This document shows, in pieces, positions 49,977 to 58,941 of a stretch of 64,000 nucleotides of DNA. The stretch is from Helicobacteraceae bacterium (GTDB taxonomy: Bacteria; Campylobacterota; Campylobacteria; Campylobacterales; Helicobacteraceae), in contig CAAGLK010000025.1 of assembly GCA_900770765.1 (NCBI GenBank), positions 2,388-66,387 on the forward strand, in the 5' to 3' direction. The stretch's first letter is position 1; each line of letters opens with the position of its first letter. A program made the position numbers and the translations under genes. Below the pieces are notes generated by a model. The model had not been told where the DNA came from, did not search any database, and saw nothing but the letters and a program-made list of their open reading frames with translations.

Positions 49977-51382
49977 AAATTATAGCAAGTGATGAAATTG
50001 GCGAGATTCAAGGCATTTTTATTTATGATAAAAAATTGCCAAAATTAAGCGAAAAAGAAAAATCTATTTTAAAAATGCACGATTATAAAGGCGATGGAAA
50101 CTTTTTTTTACAAGATTCTAAGAAGTTTTTTATAGGTGTGGAATCTTACAATTATCCTTTCCCAAATTCACTAAGAGATGCGGCAGCCTCTGCGATTTTA
50201 AGCCTTAAAAAGCTAAAGGTAAAAAGCATAAGTTTAGAAGTGGATAGTAAAAATAAGGTAAGAGAAATTTGCGAAGGGCTTTTATTAGGATTCTACTCTT
50301 TTGAAACATATAAAAGTAAAAAGCAAGATTCTAGCTTGGAATCCGTGTTTTTAAATTCTAAAAAACTAGGGCAAAATGAGTTAAAAGAAATTATAAAAGA
50401 AGCAAAGATTCTAGCTAAAAGCATAAATAAAGCACGAGAGCTAATAAACACGCCGCCAGCAGTGGCAACGCCTAAATATGTCGCAGAGTTTGCTAAAGGA
50501 TTAGAAAAATTAGATGGAATCTCTTGTAAAGTTTATGATAAAAAATTTTTAGAAAAAGAAAAAATGGAAGCCTTTTTAAGCGTAGCAAAAGCAAGCGTAA
50601 ATGAGCCTTATTTAGTGCATTTAGCCTATAAGCCAAAGGGTAAAATTGCCCTTAAAGTCGCACTTGTCGGCAAGGGCTTAACTTACGATTCTGGCGGACT
50701 TAGCTTAAAGCCAGGCGATTATATGACTACCATGAAAGCCGATAAAAGCGGTGCTTGTGCTGTGCTTGGAATCTTAGAAGCAGTAGCAAAATTAGAGCTA
50801 AATATTGAAGTGCATGGAATCTTAGGTTTAGCTGAAAATATGATTGGAGGCGATGCTTATAAGCCAGATGATATATTAAAAGCTAGAAATGGTAAGACAA
50901 TAGAGGTTAGAAACACCGATGCCGAGGGGCGGCTTGTGTTAGCGGATTGCCTTAGCTTTGCAAGTGATTTAAAGCCAGATTATTTAATTGACCTAGCCAC
51001 GCTAACGGGGGCTTGTGTGGTAGCACTTGGTGATTATACAATCGGCGTTATGGGATATAGTGAGAATCTTAAAGAGAAATTTTTGGATTCTGCCTTTAGC
51101 GCTGGTGAGCTTGGTGGAAACTTGCCTTTTAATCCTTATCTTAAAAAACTTATTAAAAGCGAAGTAGCCGACCTTTGCAATATCCCTAGTTCTCGCTATG
51201 GAAGCGCTATAAGTGCTGGAATGTTTTTAGGCGAGTTTATAGATGAATCTTTGCTTGATAAGTGGCTTCATTTAGATATTGCAGGGCCTGCTTATGTGGA
51301 AAAAGCGTGGGGTGTGAATCCCTTTGGGGCTACAGGAGCTGGAGTTAGGGCTGTGGTAGAGTTTATTAAGAATCTAAAATAA
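49973..51382 (+). CDS. pepA: Leucyl aminopeptidase (M17)
   Basis: NTDAEGRLVLAD signature with Lys/Asp metal ligands (VGKGLTYDSGG). Confidence 0.85.
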   Translation: MKIIASDEIGEIQGIFIYDKKLPKLSEKEKSILKMHDYKGDGNFFLQDSKKFFIGVESYNYPFPNSLRDAAASAILSLKKLKVKSISLEVDSKNKVREICEGLLLGFYSFETYKSKKQDSSLESVFLNSKKLGQNELKEIIKEAKILAKSINKARELINTPPAVATPKYVAEFAKGLEKLDGISCKVYDKKFLEKEKMEAFLSVAKASVNEPYLVHLAYKPKGKIALKVALVGKGLTYDSGGLSLKPGDYMTTMKADKSGACAVLGILEAVAKLELNIEVHGILGLAENMIGGDAYKPDDILKARNGKTIEVRNTDAEGRLVLADCLSFASDLKPDYLIDLATLTGACVVALGDYTIGVMGYSENLKEKFLDSAFSAGELGGNLPFNPYLKKLIKSEVADLCNIPSSRYGSAISAGMFLGEFIDESLLDKWLHLDIAGPAYVEKAWGVNPFGATGAGVRAVVEFIKNLK

Positions 51383-51391
51383 AGGAACCTT

Positions 51392-52498
51392 ATGGGATTA
51401 TCAATAGGAATCGTAGGCTTACCAAATGTCGGTAAATCCACGACTTTTAACGCATTGACAAAAACACAAAACGCACAAGCGGCAAATTACCCCTTCTGCA
51501 CCATTGAGCCAAATAAGGCGATAGTGCCTGTGCCAGATTCTAGGCTTGATGAGTTGGCAAAAATCGTAAATCCGCAGAAAATCCAGCATAGCGTAGTGGA
51601 GTTTGTGGATATTGCTGGGCTTGTTAAGGGGGCTAGCAAGGGCGAGGGCTTGGGGAATCAGTTTTTAGCAAATATTAAAGAAACTCAGGTGATTTTACAT
51701 ATTGTTAGATGCTTTGAGGATGGTAATGTTACGCATGTAGAAGGCAGCATTGACCCACTGCGTGATGTTGAGATTATTGAAACTGAGCTATTAATTGCCG
51801 ATATGCAGAGTTTGCAAAAACGCATTGAACGCCTTAGTAAAAGTGCAAAAAGTGGGGCGGACAAGGAGGCAAAAGCACAGCTTGAAGTAGCCCTTAATCT
51901 CTTAAGCCATATTGAAGCTGGAAATGCGGTTAGATTGTTTAAAGATGCGGAGAATCCGCATTTTTTACAGCTTGATAAAGAGCTTAGATTCTTAAGCAAT
52001 AAAGAAATTATTTATGGTGCAAATGTGGATGAAGAAGGGCTAACTAGCGATAATAAATTTGTGGAATCTTTAAGGGAATACGCCACAAAACAAGGCGCAG
52101 AAGTGATTAAGCTGTGCTCTAAGATTGAAGAAGAACTTGTTGGCTTAAGCGATGAGGAGGCGGCGGAATTTTTAGAATCTCTAGGTGTAAATGAAAGTGG
52201 GCTAAATGCGATTATCCGCTTAGGCTTTGCTAAACTTGGGCTTATTTCTTACTTTACTGCTGGGGTTAAAGAAGTGCGTTCATGGACGATAAAAAGGGGT
52301 GATAAAGCCCCAGCAGCGGCTGGCGTGATACATAAGGACTTTGAAAAAGGCTTTATTAGAGCGGAAGTTATTGCTTATGATGATTTTATAAAATATGGCG
52401 GAGAAAGCAAGGCTAAGGAAGCTGGAGTGATGAGGGTTGAGGGTAAGGATTATGTCGTAAATGATGGTGATGTGATGCATTTTAGGTTTAATGTGTGA
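51392..52498 (+). CDS. ychF: Ribosome-binding ATPase YchF
   Basis: G1 GLPNVGKST, G4 NVDE, TGS C-terminal domain. Confidence 0.85.
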   Translation: MGLSIGIVGLPNVGKSTTFNALTKTQNAQAANYPFCTIEPNKAIVPVPDSRLDELAKIVNPQKIQHSVVEFVDIAGLVKGASKGEGLGNQFLANIKETQVILHIVRCFEDGNVTHVEGSIDPLRDVEIIETELLIADMQSLQKRIERLSKSAKSGADKEAKAQLEVALNLLSHIEAGNAVRLFKDAENPHFLQLDKELRFLSNKEIIYGANVDEEGLTSDNKFVESLREYATKQGAEVIKLCSKIEEELVGLSDEEAAEFLESLGVNESGLNAIIRLGFAKLGLISYFTAGVKEVRSWTIKRGDKAPAAAGVIHKDFEKGFIRAEVIAYDDFIKYGGESKAKEAGVMRVEGKDYVVNDGDVMHFRFNV

Positions 52499-52618
52499 GT
52501 AGATATTTGAGTTGTGTTTTTTAAGCAACCATTTAAGCAAGGCAATCTCGCTTTGATATTTTCGCCACTCTTTGAGGTTGCTATGGTAGAGAAGTGGGGG
52601 TTTGTTTTTTGTCATTGC

Positions 52619-52680
52619 GAGAATTTATAGTGTTATCCACTAAGTCATTGCGTCCCTTGCGGTAGCAAGTCGTGGCAATC
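52619..52680. repeat. 62-bp direct repeat copy 1 (REP-like 'GTCATTGCG...CTTGCGGTAGCAAG' element)
   Basis: Near-identical to 52873..52934. Contains the hairpin CTTGC-GGTA-GCAAG. Confidence 0.85.
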
Positions 52681-52872
52681 CACACATTTTACTACCTTAA
52701 CTTTTTAATTATTTAAAGCCTAGATTGCTTCGGTCGCCTCGCTCCCTCGCAATGACGGATTCCACTCTGTCATTGCAAGTCTCTTTATTAACACCATGTT
52801 TATAATTATGTGGATTTGTGGTGTTGCTTTGTTATTGCTAGATTTTATGCAGTGTAGCATATTTATCGTTAT

Positions 52873-52934
52873 GAGAATTTATAGTGTTATCCACTAAGTC
52901 ATTGCGTCCCTTGCGGTAGCAAATCGTGGCAATC
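52873..52934. repeat. 62-bp direct repeat copy 2
   Basis: GAGAATTTATAGTGTTATCCACTAAGTCATTGCGTCCCTTGCGGTAGCAA(G/A)TCGTGGCAATC. Confidence 0.85.
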
Positions 52935-52999
52935 TATAATACTTTTGTGAAAAGATAGCTTGGAATCTAAAATTAAGATTCCACTTTTTAGATTCTTAC

Positions 53000-53854
53000 T
53001 CACACTCTTAAAATATATTTTTTAAAGCGTTTTTTGCAAGAGTTTTTAAAACGCATTGAAAAACGCTGAAAGTAGTTTTGCCTTTGCATTTCTCTTTTAA
53101 TTTCCCACACTTCTGAAGTTAGCCTTGTTATTTTGTTTGCATTATATGCTAAAAGTTGCTTTTCACTTACAAGCTCTAGTGGCATAAAAAAATGCATAGT
53201 ATTCTCACCAAATGAATCTACACAAGCATAACCCATCCCATCAAGCACTCGTGCGACTTTTAAAAAGTCATCTGTGTAATTTGCCTCGGCAAAAATTAGC
53301 GGACGATTTTTAGCTATTAGCTCCCTTGCGCCATTTAGTGCCTTTGCCTCCATGCCTTCAATATCTAGCTTTATGATTTTAAAATTTTCTTGTAAATTTA
53401 GACTATCTAGCGTGTTACAATAAATCTCGCCTAGATTCTTATTTCCATCATTTGCTAAACTCATACCGCCATAATTATTATAAATTTCTCTCTTAAAATA
53501 TAGCGTCTCTTCTTTATCGCTTACACCTTGTGGGATTATTTTTATTAGATTTTCAAAGCCATTTATCTCAATTGATTTTTGCGCTATTTCTCGCATTTTT
53601 GGATTTGCCTCTAAGCCTATTACCTTAAATCCATTTGCGGCAAAAAATAGCGAGTGATTGCCGATATTCATCCCCACATCAAGCACACAATCGTCATCTT
53701 TTAAGTAGCTTAGCATAAGCTGTAAAAGCTCGTATTCATAAGGCTTACCACTTTCTAATATCGTCCTTTGAATATAGTCGCTATTTTTATAAGGAGCATA
53801 AACTTTGTAATTTATCTTTTCTTTTTCTAATTTAACTTCTATTGTATTTTTCAT
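53000..53854 (-). CDS. FkbM-family SAM-dependent methyltransferase
   Basis: LDVGMNIGNHSLFFAANGFKVIGLEANP (FkbM methyltransferase domain). Confidence 0.7.
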   Translation of the reverse strand: MKNTIEVKLEKEKINYKVYAPYKNSDYIQRTILESGKPYEYELLQLMLSYLKDDDCVLDVGMNIGNHSLFFAANGFKVIGLEANPKMREIAQKSIEINGFENLIKIIPQGVSDKEETLYFKREIYNNYGGMSLANDGNKNLGEIYCNTLDSLNLQENFKIIKLDIEGMEAKALNGARELIAKNRPLIFAEANYTDDFLKVARVLDGMGYACVDSFGENTMHFFMPLELVSEKQLLAYNANKITRLTSEVWEIKREMQRQNYFQRFSMRFKNSCKKRFKKYILRV

Positions 53855-53892
53855 TGTTTCCTCTAATCTAAAAGTAAAATTAGTATTAAATC

Positions 53893-53904
53893 AAAAAAAA
53901 AAAA
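53893..53904. repeat. Homopolymeric A12 tract in a divergent promoter region
   Basis: TCAAAAAAAAAAAACAACC lies between the FkbM MTase start (53854) and the fusion gene (54205). Confidence 0.9.
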
Positions 53905-53971
53905 CAACCTTAAAATTAGGGGATTTTGTGGAATTGTGGCGAAATTTAGAATCTTAAAATTTGCTTTTGTA

Positions 53972-53991
53972 TTGAAAATTAGAGTTTTCAA
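53972..53991. promoter_or_regulatory. Palindrome TTGAAAA-N6-TTTTCAA (copy 1) in a divergent intergenic region
   Basis: Perfect 7-bp arms. A second copy with an inverted center lies at 54158..54177. Both are followed by TACAA(A)TTTT. Confidence 0.4.
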
Positions 53992-54157
53992 TACAATTTT
54001 TAAAATCACAAAAATCCGCAAAGTGCGTAAATTGTGAAAAAGTTTAGGATTCTACCTTTTTTACAATTTAACCTTTCTTAAAAATTTAAAATTTTTTAAA
54101 CTTTCTAAACTCTCGCATTTTATGGCGTTTGCGATTCCACATTTGCTTCAAAAAAGT

Positions 54158-54177
54158 TTGAAAACTCTAATTTTCAA
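54158..54177. promoter_or_regulatory. Palindrome TTGAAAA-N6-TTTTCAA (copy 2), ~28 nt upstream of the ATG at 54205
   Basis: Same arms as copy 1. Confidence 0.4.
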
Positions 54178-54204
54178 TACAAAATTTTACTTTAAGGTTA
54201 GCAA

Positions 54205-55911
54205 ATGTCTAAAATAGCACAAAATGTGGAATCGCAAAATAAAATAGTCGCAATAATTCCCATTAAATTAAACAACGAGCGATTGCCAAATAAAAATTTA
54301 CTACCACTTGGGGCAAAACCGCTAATTTACTACATTCAAAATACACTTTTAAAGGTTAAACAAATAAGCGAAATTTATATTTATTGTAGCGATGAAAGTA
54401 TTAAGCCTTATATTTTAGATGGTGTGAAGTTTTTAAAGCGTCCTAAAAGTTTGGATTCTAATCACACGAATTTCACGCAAATTTTTAATGAATTTTACAA
54501 AGAAATTCAAGCTGATATTTATATCTACACTCACGCAACTTCGCCATTTATTAGCGATGCGACAATTACAAAATGCATTGATAAGGTGCAAAAAGGCGGC
54601 TTTGATTCTGCCTTTAGTGCGCAAGAATTGCAAGATTTCTTTTGGGATTCTAGCTTAAATCCTATTAATTTTGATTCTACAAATATCCCTAGAAGTCAGG
54701 ATTTAAGCCCAATTTATAAAGAGACTTCAGGCTGCTATGTCTTTAAAAAAGAAGTGTTTTTAAGCTACAAAACAAGGATAGGTAAGAATCCATTTATTAT
54801 AAATTTAAGCAAAAAAGAAGCGATTGATATAAACACAAAGGAGGATTTTTTGATGGCTTTAAGTTTTTTAAATTACACAGAGGAGGAAAGCGTGGAATCG
54901 CAAAATATAAAGCTACTAGACTGCACTTTGCGAGATGGTGGGTATATAAATAGCTGGAATTTTGGCTTTGAAAATATCAAATACATAATAGAATCCTTAA
55001 CAAAGGCAAATATTGATTTTATAGAGTTAGGCTACTTAAATCCGCTAAATGATGATGAAAATAAAAGTATTTTTAAGAATATAGAAACAATTAAAGAAGT
55101 CTTGCCAGATAATCATAAATCTAGCAAGTTTCTAGCAATGTGTGATGTGGCACAAGTCTCTCCTAAAGATATTACAAACTATAGCGGAGAGTCAATTGAT
55201 GGCTTAAGGATTGTGTTTTATAAGCATCAAATAAGCGAGGCTTTAGCTTTGTGTGAAAAGTCGCTTGAAGCTGGGTATTTGACCTTTATGCAGCCTATGG
55301 TTAGTATTGATTACACGCTATTTGAATATGAAAATTTAATTAAGCAAATTTGTCTTTTAAATCCGCATGGAATCGCTATTGTGGATAGCTTTGGCTATAT
55401 GAATAGTGATGATTTTAGAAAGTATTTTGCGATAATTGACACTATTGCTGCGTCAAATTTAATTATAGGATTCCACTCGCATAATAATATGCACTTAGCT
55501 TTTAATTGCGCTAAGGATATTTTAAATTATAAAACAAATAGGACGCTTTTGATTGATTCTAGTATTTGCGGTATGGGGCGAGGCGCTGGGAATCTAAACG
55601 CTGAAATAATCGCACAATATTACAACTGCACTTTAGGGCGAAAGTATGATTTAGAATTTATTTTAGATATTTTAAGCGAGATTATAGAGCCACTTAGAAG
55701 CTCATATAAATGGGGCTATACGCCTTATTATTTTCTAACCGCTATTTTTGAATGCCACCCTAATTTTGCTACATATTTATTAGAAGAGCATCCTAAATTA
55801 AGCGTTAATGAATTTAGCACTTATCTAAAAGCCCTGCCAAGTGAGATGAAAACAAAATGCAAAAAGCCTTATGTTTTAGAGTTGTATGAGAAGGTGTTTA
55901 AAATAAAGTAG
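54205..55911 (+). CDS. Fusion protein: N-terminal CMP-nonulosonic-acid (acylneuraminate-type) cytidylyltransferase domain, C-terminal HMGL-like (DRE-TIM) aldolase domain
   Basis: N-terminal IIPIKLNNERLPNKNLLPLGAKPLI (CTP_transf_3). From aa ~235, LLDCTLRDGGY...IELGY (pyruvate carboxyltransferase/HMGL-like). Confidence 0.65.
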   Translation: MSKIAQNVESQNKIVAIIPIKLNNERLPNKNLLPLGAKPLIYYIQNTLLKVKQISEIYIYCSDESIKPYILDGVKFLKRPKSLDSNHTNFTQIFNEFYKEIQADIYIYTHATSPFISDATITKCIDKVQKGGFDSAFSAQELQDFFWDSSLNPINFDSTNIPRSQDLSPIYKETSGCYVFKKEVFLSYKTRIGKNPFIINLSKKEAIDINTKEDFLMALSFLNYTEEESVESQNIKLLDCTLRDGGYINSWNFGFENIKYIIESLTKANIDFIELGYLNPLNDDENKSIFKNIETIKEVLPDNHKSSKFLAMCDVAQVSPKDITNYSGESIDGLRIVFYKHQISEALALCEKSLEAGYLTFMQPMVSIDYTLFEYENLIKQICLLNPHGIAIVDSFGYMNSDDFRKYFAIIDTIAASNLIIGFHSHNNMHLAFNCAKDILNYKTNRTLLIDSSICGMGRGAGNLNAEIIAQYYNCTLGRKYDLEFILDILSEIIEPLRSSYKWGYTPYYFLTAIFECHPNFATYLLEEHPKLSVNEFSTYLKALPSEMKTKCKKPYVLELYEKVFKIK

Positions 55912-55952
55912 AAATTTGCTATTGAAATTATAAATAAAATTTGATTTAGTAG

Positions 55953-55997
55953 GCATTTTGCGTTAGCAAAATGGGTTAAATCAAATAAAAAACCGCT
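55953..55997. repeat. 45-bp interspersed repeat copy 2 (contains palindrome TTTTGCGTTAGCAAAA)
   Basis: Matches 12937..12982. Confidence 0.8.
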
Positions 55998-56048
55998 TTT
56001 AAAAAAAGCTAGAATCCTAAATTTGCTATAATTTAATAAAGGATTCTT

Positions 56049-56435
56049 ATGCAAAGTTTATTTTATGTTTTTGTGGGCGTTTGTATTGTTTTGTTATTTG
56101 TCGCATTGTTTGTCGCACTTAAGAGACAAAAGAGGGCAAAAAAGGAAGTGGAATCTTTAAAGATTCCAAGTGCGGAGGAGCTTTTAGAATTATTAGAGAA
56201 TAAAAATAATGATTTAAAAAAGCTAGAATCTCTAGTAAGTTTAGCAAAAGCACATTTTAGGCAATACACACAAGAAATAAGCGATTTTGATTTAAAAGTA
56301 ATAGCGATTTTAAGCGCACATAAAGGCGTAAATACAAAGTTGATTTTAGATACAGAAAAGCATTTTAGCAGCTTGAATCCTACTAGAAAAGAGCTATTAA
56401 GCAAGGCTTTAAGCATAGGGTTATCAAACCGCTAA
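56049..56435 (+). CDS. Hypothetical membrane-anchored protein (N-terminal TM, helical cytoplasmic domain)
   Basis: Hydrophobic N-terminus VFVGVCIVLLFVALFVAL followed by a charged helix. Confidence 0.45.
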   Translation: MQSLFYVFVGVCIVLLFVALFVALKRQKRAKKEVESLKIPSAEELLELLENKNNDLKKLESLVSLAKAHFRQYTQEISDFDLKVIAILSAHKGVNTKLILDTEKHFSSLNPTRKELLSKALSIGLSNR

Positions 56436-56463
56436 GGCTAGAATCTAATTTTGGATTCTAGCT

Positions 56464-57705
56464 TTAAGAATTGCGATTTTTATAATCTAAATAGCTAAAA
56501 TTTTTCACCACTTCTAGCTCCCCATTTTTGCGTAAAATTGCTATGCTAGGAAGTGGGATTCCATTAAAAGTGTTATTTTTTACAATTGTATAATGCACCA
56601 TATCTTCAAAAATTATTCTATCACCCCTTTTAAGCGGCTGCTTAAAACTATAATCACCGATAACATCGCCAGCTAGGCAAGTTGGCCCACCAAAGCGGTA
56701 AGAGTAGGGCTTCTCACCTTTTAGCCGTAATTTATCGCCCTTTTTAATAGCTTTTGCAAAATAGCTATTTCTAACCATAGGGCGATAAGGCATTTCAAGG
56801 CAGTCTGGCATGTGTGCAGCAGCCGATGTGTCTAAAATCGCAATATCTACGCCATTTTTTACAATATCTAAAACACTGCTAATTAAAAATCCAGCTTGCC
56901 ACCCTACCGCTTCACCTGGCTCTAAATATACTTGTGTGTTATATTTTTCTCTAAAATTTTTAATGATTTTTATAAGTAAATTTACATCATAATCCGCTCT
57001 TGTTATGTGATGACCGCCGCCGAAGTTTATCCACTTCATTTGCGGAATCCACTCTTTAAAATGCGCTTCAAAATGCTTTAAGGTCCGCTTCAATGCATCG
57101 CTATTTTGCTCACAATGTGTGTGAAAATGCAGTCCGCTTATGCCACTTAGTCCATATTTTTTTACACCTCTTTTAAACTCTTTAAGTGGGATTCCAAGCC
57201 TTGAGCCTTGTATGCAAGGATTATAAATCTCTGGGCTTACTTCGCTGTATTGCGGATTTACCCTAAGACCTATTTCTATTAACTCTTTGCCTTCTTTTTG
57301 TCTAATTAGATTCTGTGCGGTAATTAAATCTTTAAATTTTTGCCATTGAAAAAATGAGTTAAAAATAATGTGATTTGCGATTTCTACTAGCTCTTGCATC
57401 TCTTGCTCTTTATACGCTGGGCTAAAAACTGCGATTTCTTTATTAAATTCTTCAAAGCCAAGTTTTGCCTCATAAATTCCACTTGCGGTAATTCCGCTTA
57501 AATATTGCTTTGCTAGTGGGAAACTTCGCCACAAGGCGTAGCCTTTAAGAGCTAGTAGAATCTTAGCGCCACTTTTTTTTTGAACTTCATCTAATAATTT
57601 TAGGTTTTTTTCAAATTTTTCTTCTTCTAGCACATAGCAAGGGCTAGGGATTTGCTGGAATCCTTTTGGATAGTTTTTTATTAAGGAGTTTTTAGCTTTT
57701 TGCAT
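56464..57705 (-). CDS. nspC: Carboxynorspermidine decarboxylase
   Basis: PLP fold-III decarboxylase motifs and the length and pattern of NspC, collinear with Campylobacter CANSDC. Confidence 0.75.
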   Translation of the reverse strand: MQKAKNSLIKNYPKGFQQIPSPCYVLEEEKFEKNLKLLDEVQKKSGAKILLALKGYALWRSFPLAKQYLSGITASGIYEAKLGFEEFNKEIAVFSPAYKEQEMQELVEIANHIIFNSFFQWQKFKDLITAQNLIRQKEGKELIEIGLRVNPQYSEVSPEIYNPCIQGSRLGIPLKEFKRGVKKYGLSGISGLHFHTHCEQNSDALKRTLKHFEAHFKEWIPQMKWINFGGGHHITRADYDVNLLIKIIKNFREKYNTQVYLEPGEAVGWQAGFLISSVLDIVKNGVDIAILDTSAAAHMPDCLEMPYRPMVRNSYFAKAIKKGDKLRLKGEKPYSYRFGGPTCLAGDVIGDYSFKQPLKRGDRIIFEDMVHYTIVKNNTFNGIPLPSIAILRKNGELEVVKNFSYLDYKNRNS

Positions 57706-58469
57706 TTTTTGCCTTTTTTTTGATTTTTGTTTAAAAATTCTAGCAAATCCTTGCTTGTGTGGAGATTTGAATTTATATTTTTTAAAGATAAATTAAAAAT
57801 TTCTAAAGCAGTTTTAGAATCTTGCAAGGCACGATGTAAATTAGTGTTATTTATATTTAAAAATTCATTTAAGAATCCTAGTGAATATCGTGGGGCGGGA
57901 ATTGTTTTTTTAGCTAGTTTAATGGTGCAAATTTTAGGATTATATAAGAATCCAAAGCCATTTTTTTCTAAAGAAGCGCTTAAAAAATTATAATCAAAAT
58001 CCGCATTATGCGCTACAAAAATACTATCGCTTAAAAATAGCTTAAAGGATTCTAGCACTTTATTAATGCTTGGGGCATTTTGTAGCATTTGTGCGGTAAT
58101 TCCTGTGATATTTGTAATATATTCTGGTAAATGCTCACAAAATATAAAACTTTCAAAAGTATCTATAATTTCGCCATTTTGCACTTTAATAGCGCCTATT
58201 TCAATGGGCGTGTGCTGGTGTGGATTATGCCCATTTGTCTCAATATCTACTATGCAAAAGGTTTCTTTCTCTAGTGGCGTAAGACTTGGGCGGAAATAGA
58301 CTTGATTATATGAAAATTCAAGTGGGATTCCACTTAGCTTAATTATTTCAAGCTCACTTTCTATATCGCTAAATAAGCCGCCTACTTCGCTAAGGAGTGT
58401 GTTAAATTCATTTTGGCTTAAAGGGCGTTTTTGTAATTTTTGTAAGATTTTGTCATATCGCTTTGGCAT
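57681..58469 (-). CDS. DnaQ-like 3'-5' exonuclease domain protein
   Basis: Exo I FCIVDIETNG, Exo II/III regions (VAHNADFDYNFL; HRALQDS). Confidence 0.65.
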   Translation of the reverse strand: MPKRYDKILQKLQKRPLSQNEFNTLLSEVGGLFSDIESELEIIKLSGIPLEFSYNQVYFRPSLTPLEKETFCIVDIETNGHNPHQHTPIEIGAIKVQNGEIIDTFESFIFCEHLPEYITNITGITAQMLQNAPSINKVLESFKLFLSDSIFVAHNADFDYNFLSASLEKNGFGFLYNPKICTIKLAKKTIPAPRYSLGFLNEFLNINNTNLHRALQDSKTALEIFNLSLKNINSNLHTSKDLLEFLNKNQKKGKKCKKLKTP

Positions 58470-58689
58470 TTTTTGCTTTCTAGTTTTAGTGTTTTGTAAG
58501 TTTGCAAGGCGTGATTTTATTGAGATTCTACTTAAATTAAGATAATATTAAGATTGCTTTAAAGCGTGGAATTAAAATTTGATTGCATTTTAAAGTAATA
58601 ATGAGATTGGACAATATTAAGCAAAAACAAGGAAATTTTATAAAAATATAAGAGATATTTTTTTAAACAATCTTGACAGCATATCAAAG

Positions 58690-58760
58690 CAATATCGTAA
58701 AATAGTTTGGATAATCGTTTTAAAAGTGCAAGGAAGTTACCTTTTTGGTAATGACCGAAG
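58690..58760. repeat. ~70-nt direct repeat copy 1 (CAATATCG.AA.ATAGTTTGGA...CAAGG...TACCT.T.TTGGTA.TGACCGAAG)
   Basis: Aligns with 58827..58895. A partial third copy lies at 58608..58633. Confidence 0.7.
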
Positions 58761-58826
58761 CACTTTTTAAAGGATTATTTAAAATATGAAGCGAGATGGC
58801 TGAGCCAACATTAATTTCAATAAAAC

Positions 58827-58895
58827 AATATCGCAAGATAGTTTGGACGATATTAAGCAAAAACAAGGGAGCTACCTTATTGGTAGTGACCGAAG
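58827..58895. repeat. ~70-nt direct repeat copy 2
   Basis: See copy 1. Ends in the small hairpin GCTACC-TTATT-GGTAG followed by TGACCGAAG. Confidence 0.7.
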
Positions 58896-58941
58896 TTTGA
58901 AGCGTAAATATCGTTCAAACTATAAAGCGAGATTGTTTTAT

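Noticed and set aside
52280-52615. Minus-strand ORF overlapping the 3' end of ychF
   Set aside because: Most of it is antisense to the conserved YchF TGS domain. The remainder falls in the repeat-rich spacer.
53949-54148. Sigma-54 promoters suggested by two TTTGCTT elements upstream of the fusion gene
   Set aside because: The required GG at -24/-25 is missing (GA/AT instead) and the spacing does not fit GG-N10-GC, unlike the clean match upstream of flgL.
58600-58900. Possible CRISPR array
   Set aside because: Only 2-3 imperfect copies with unequal spacing, no conserved repeat/spacer architecture and no cas genes nearby.
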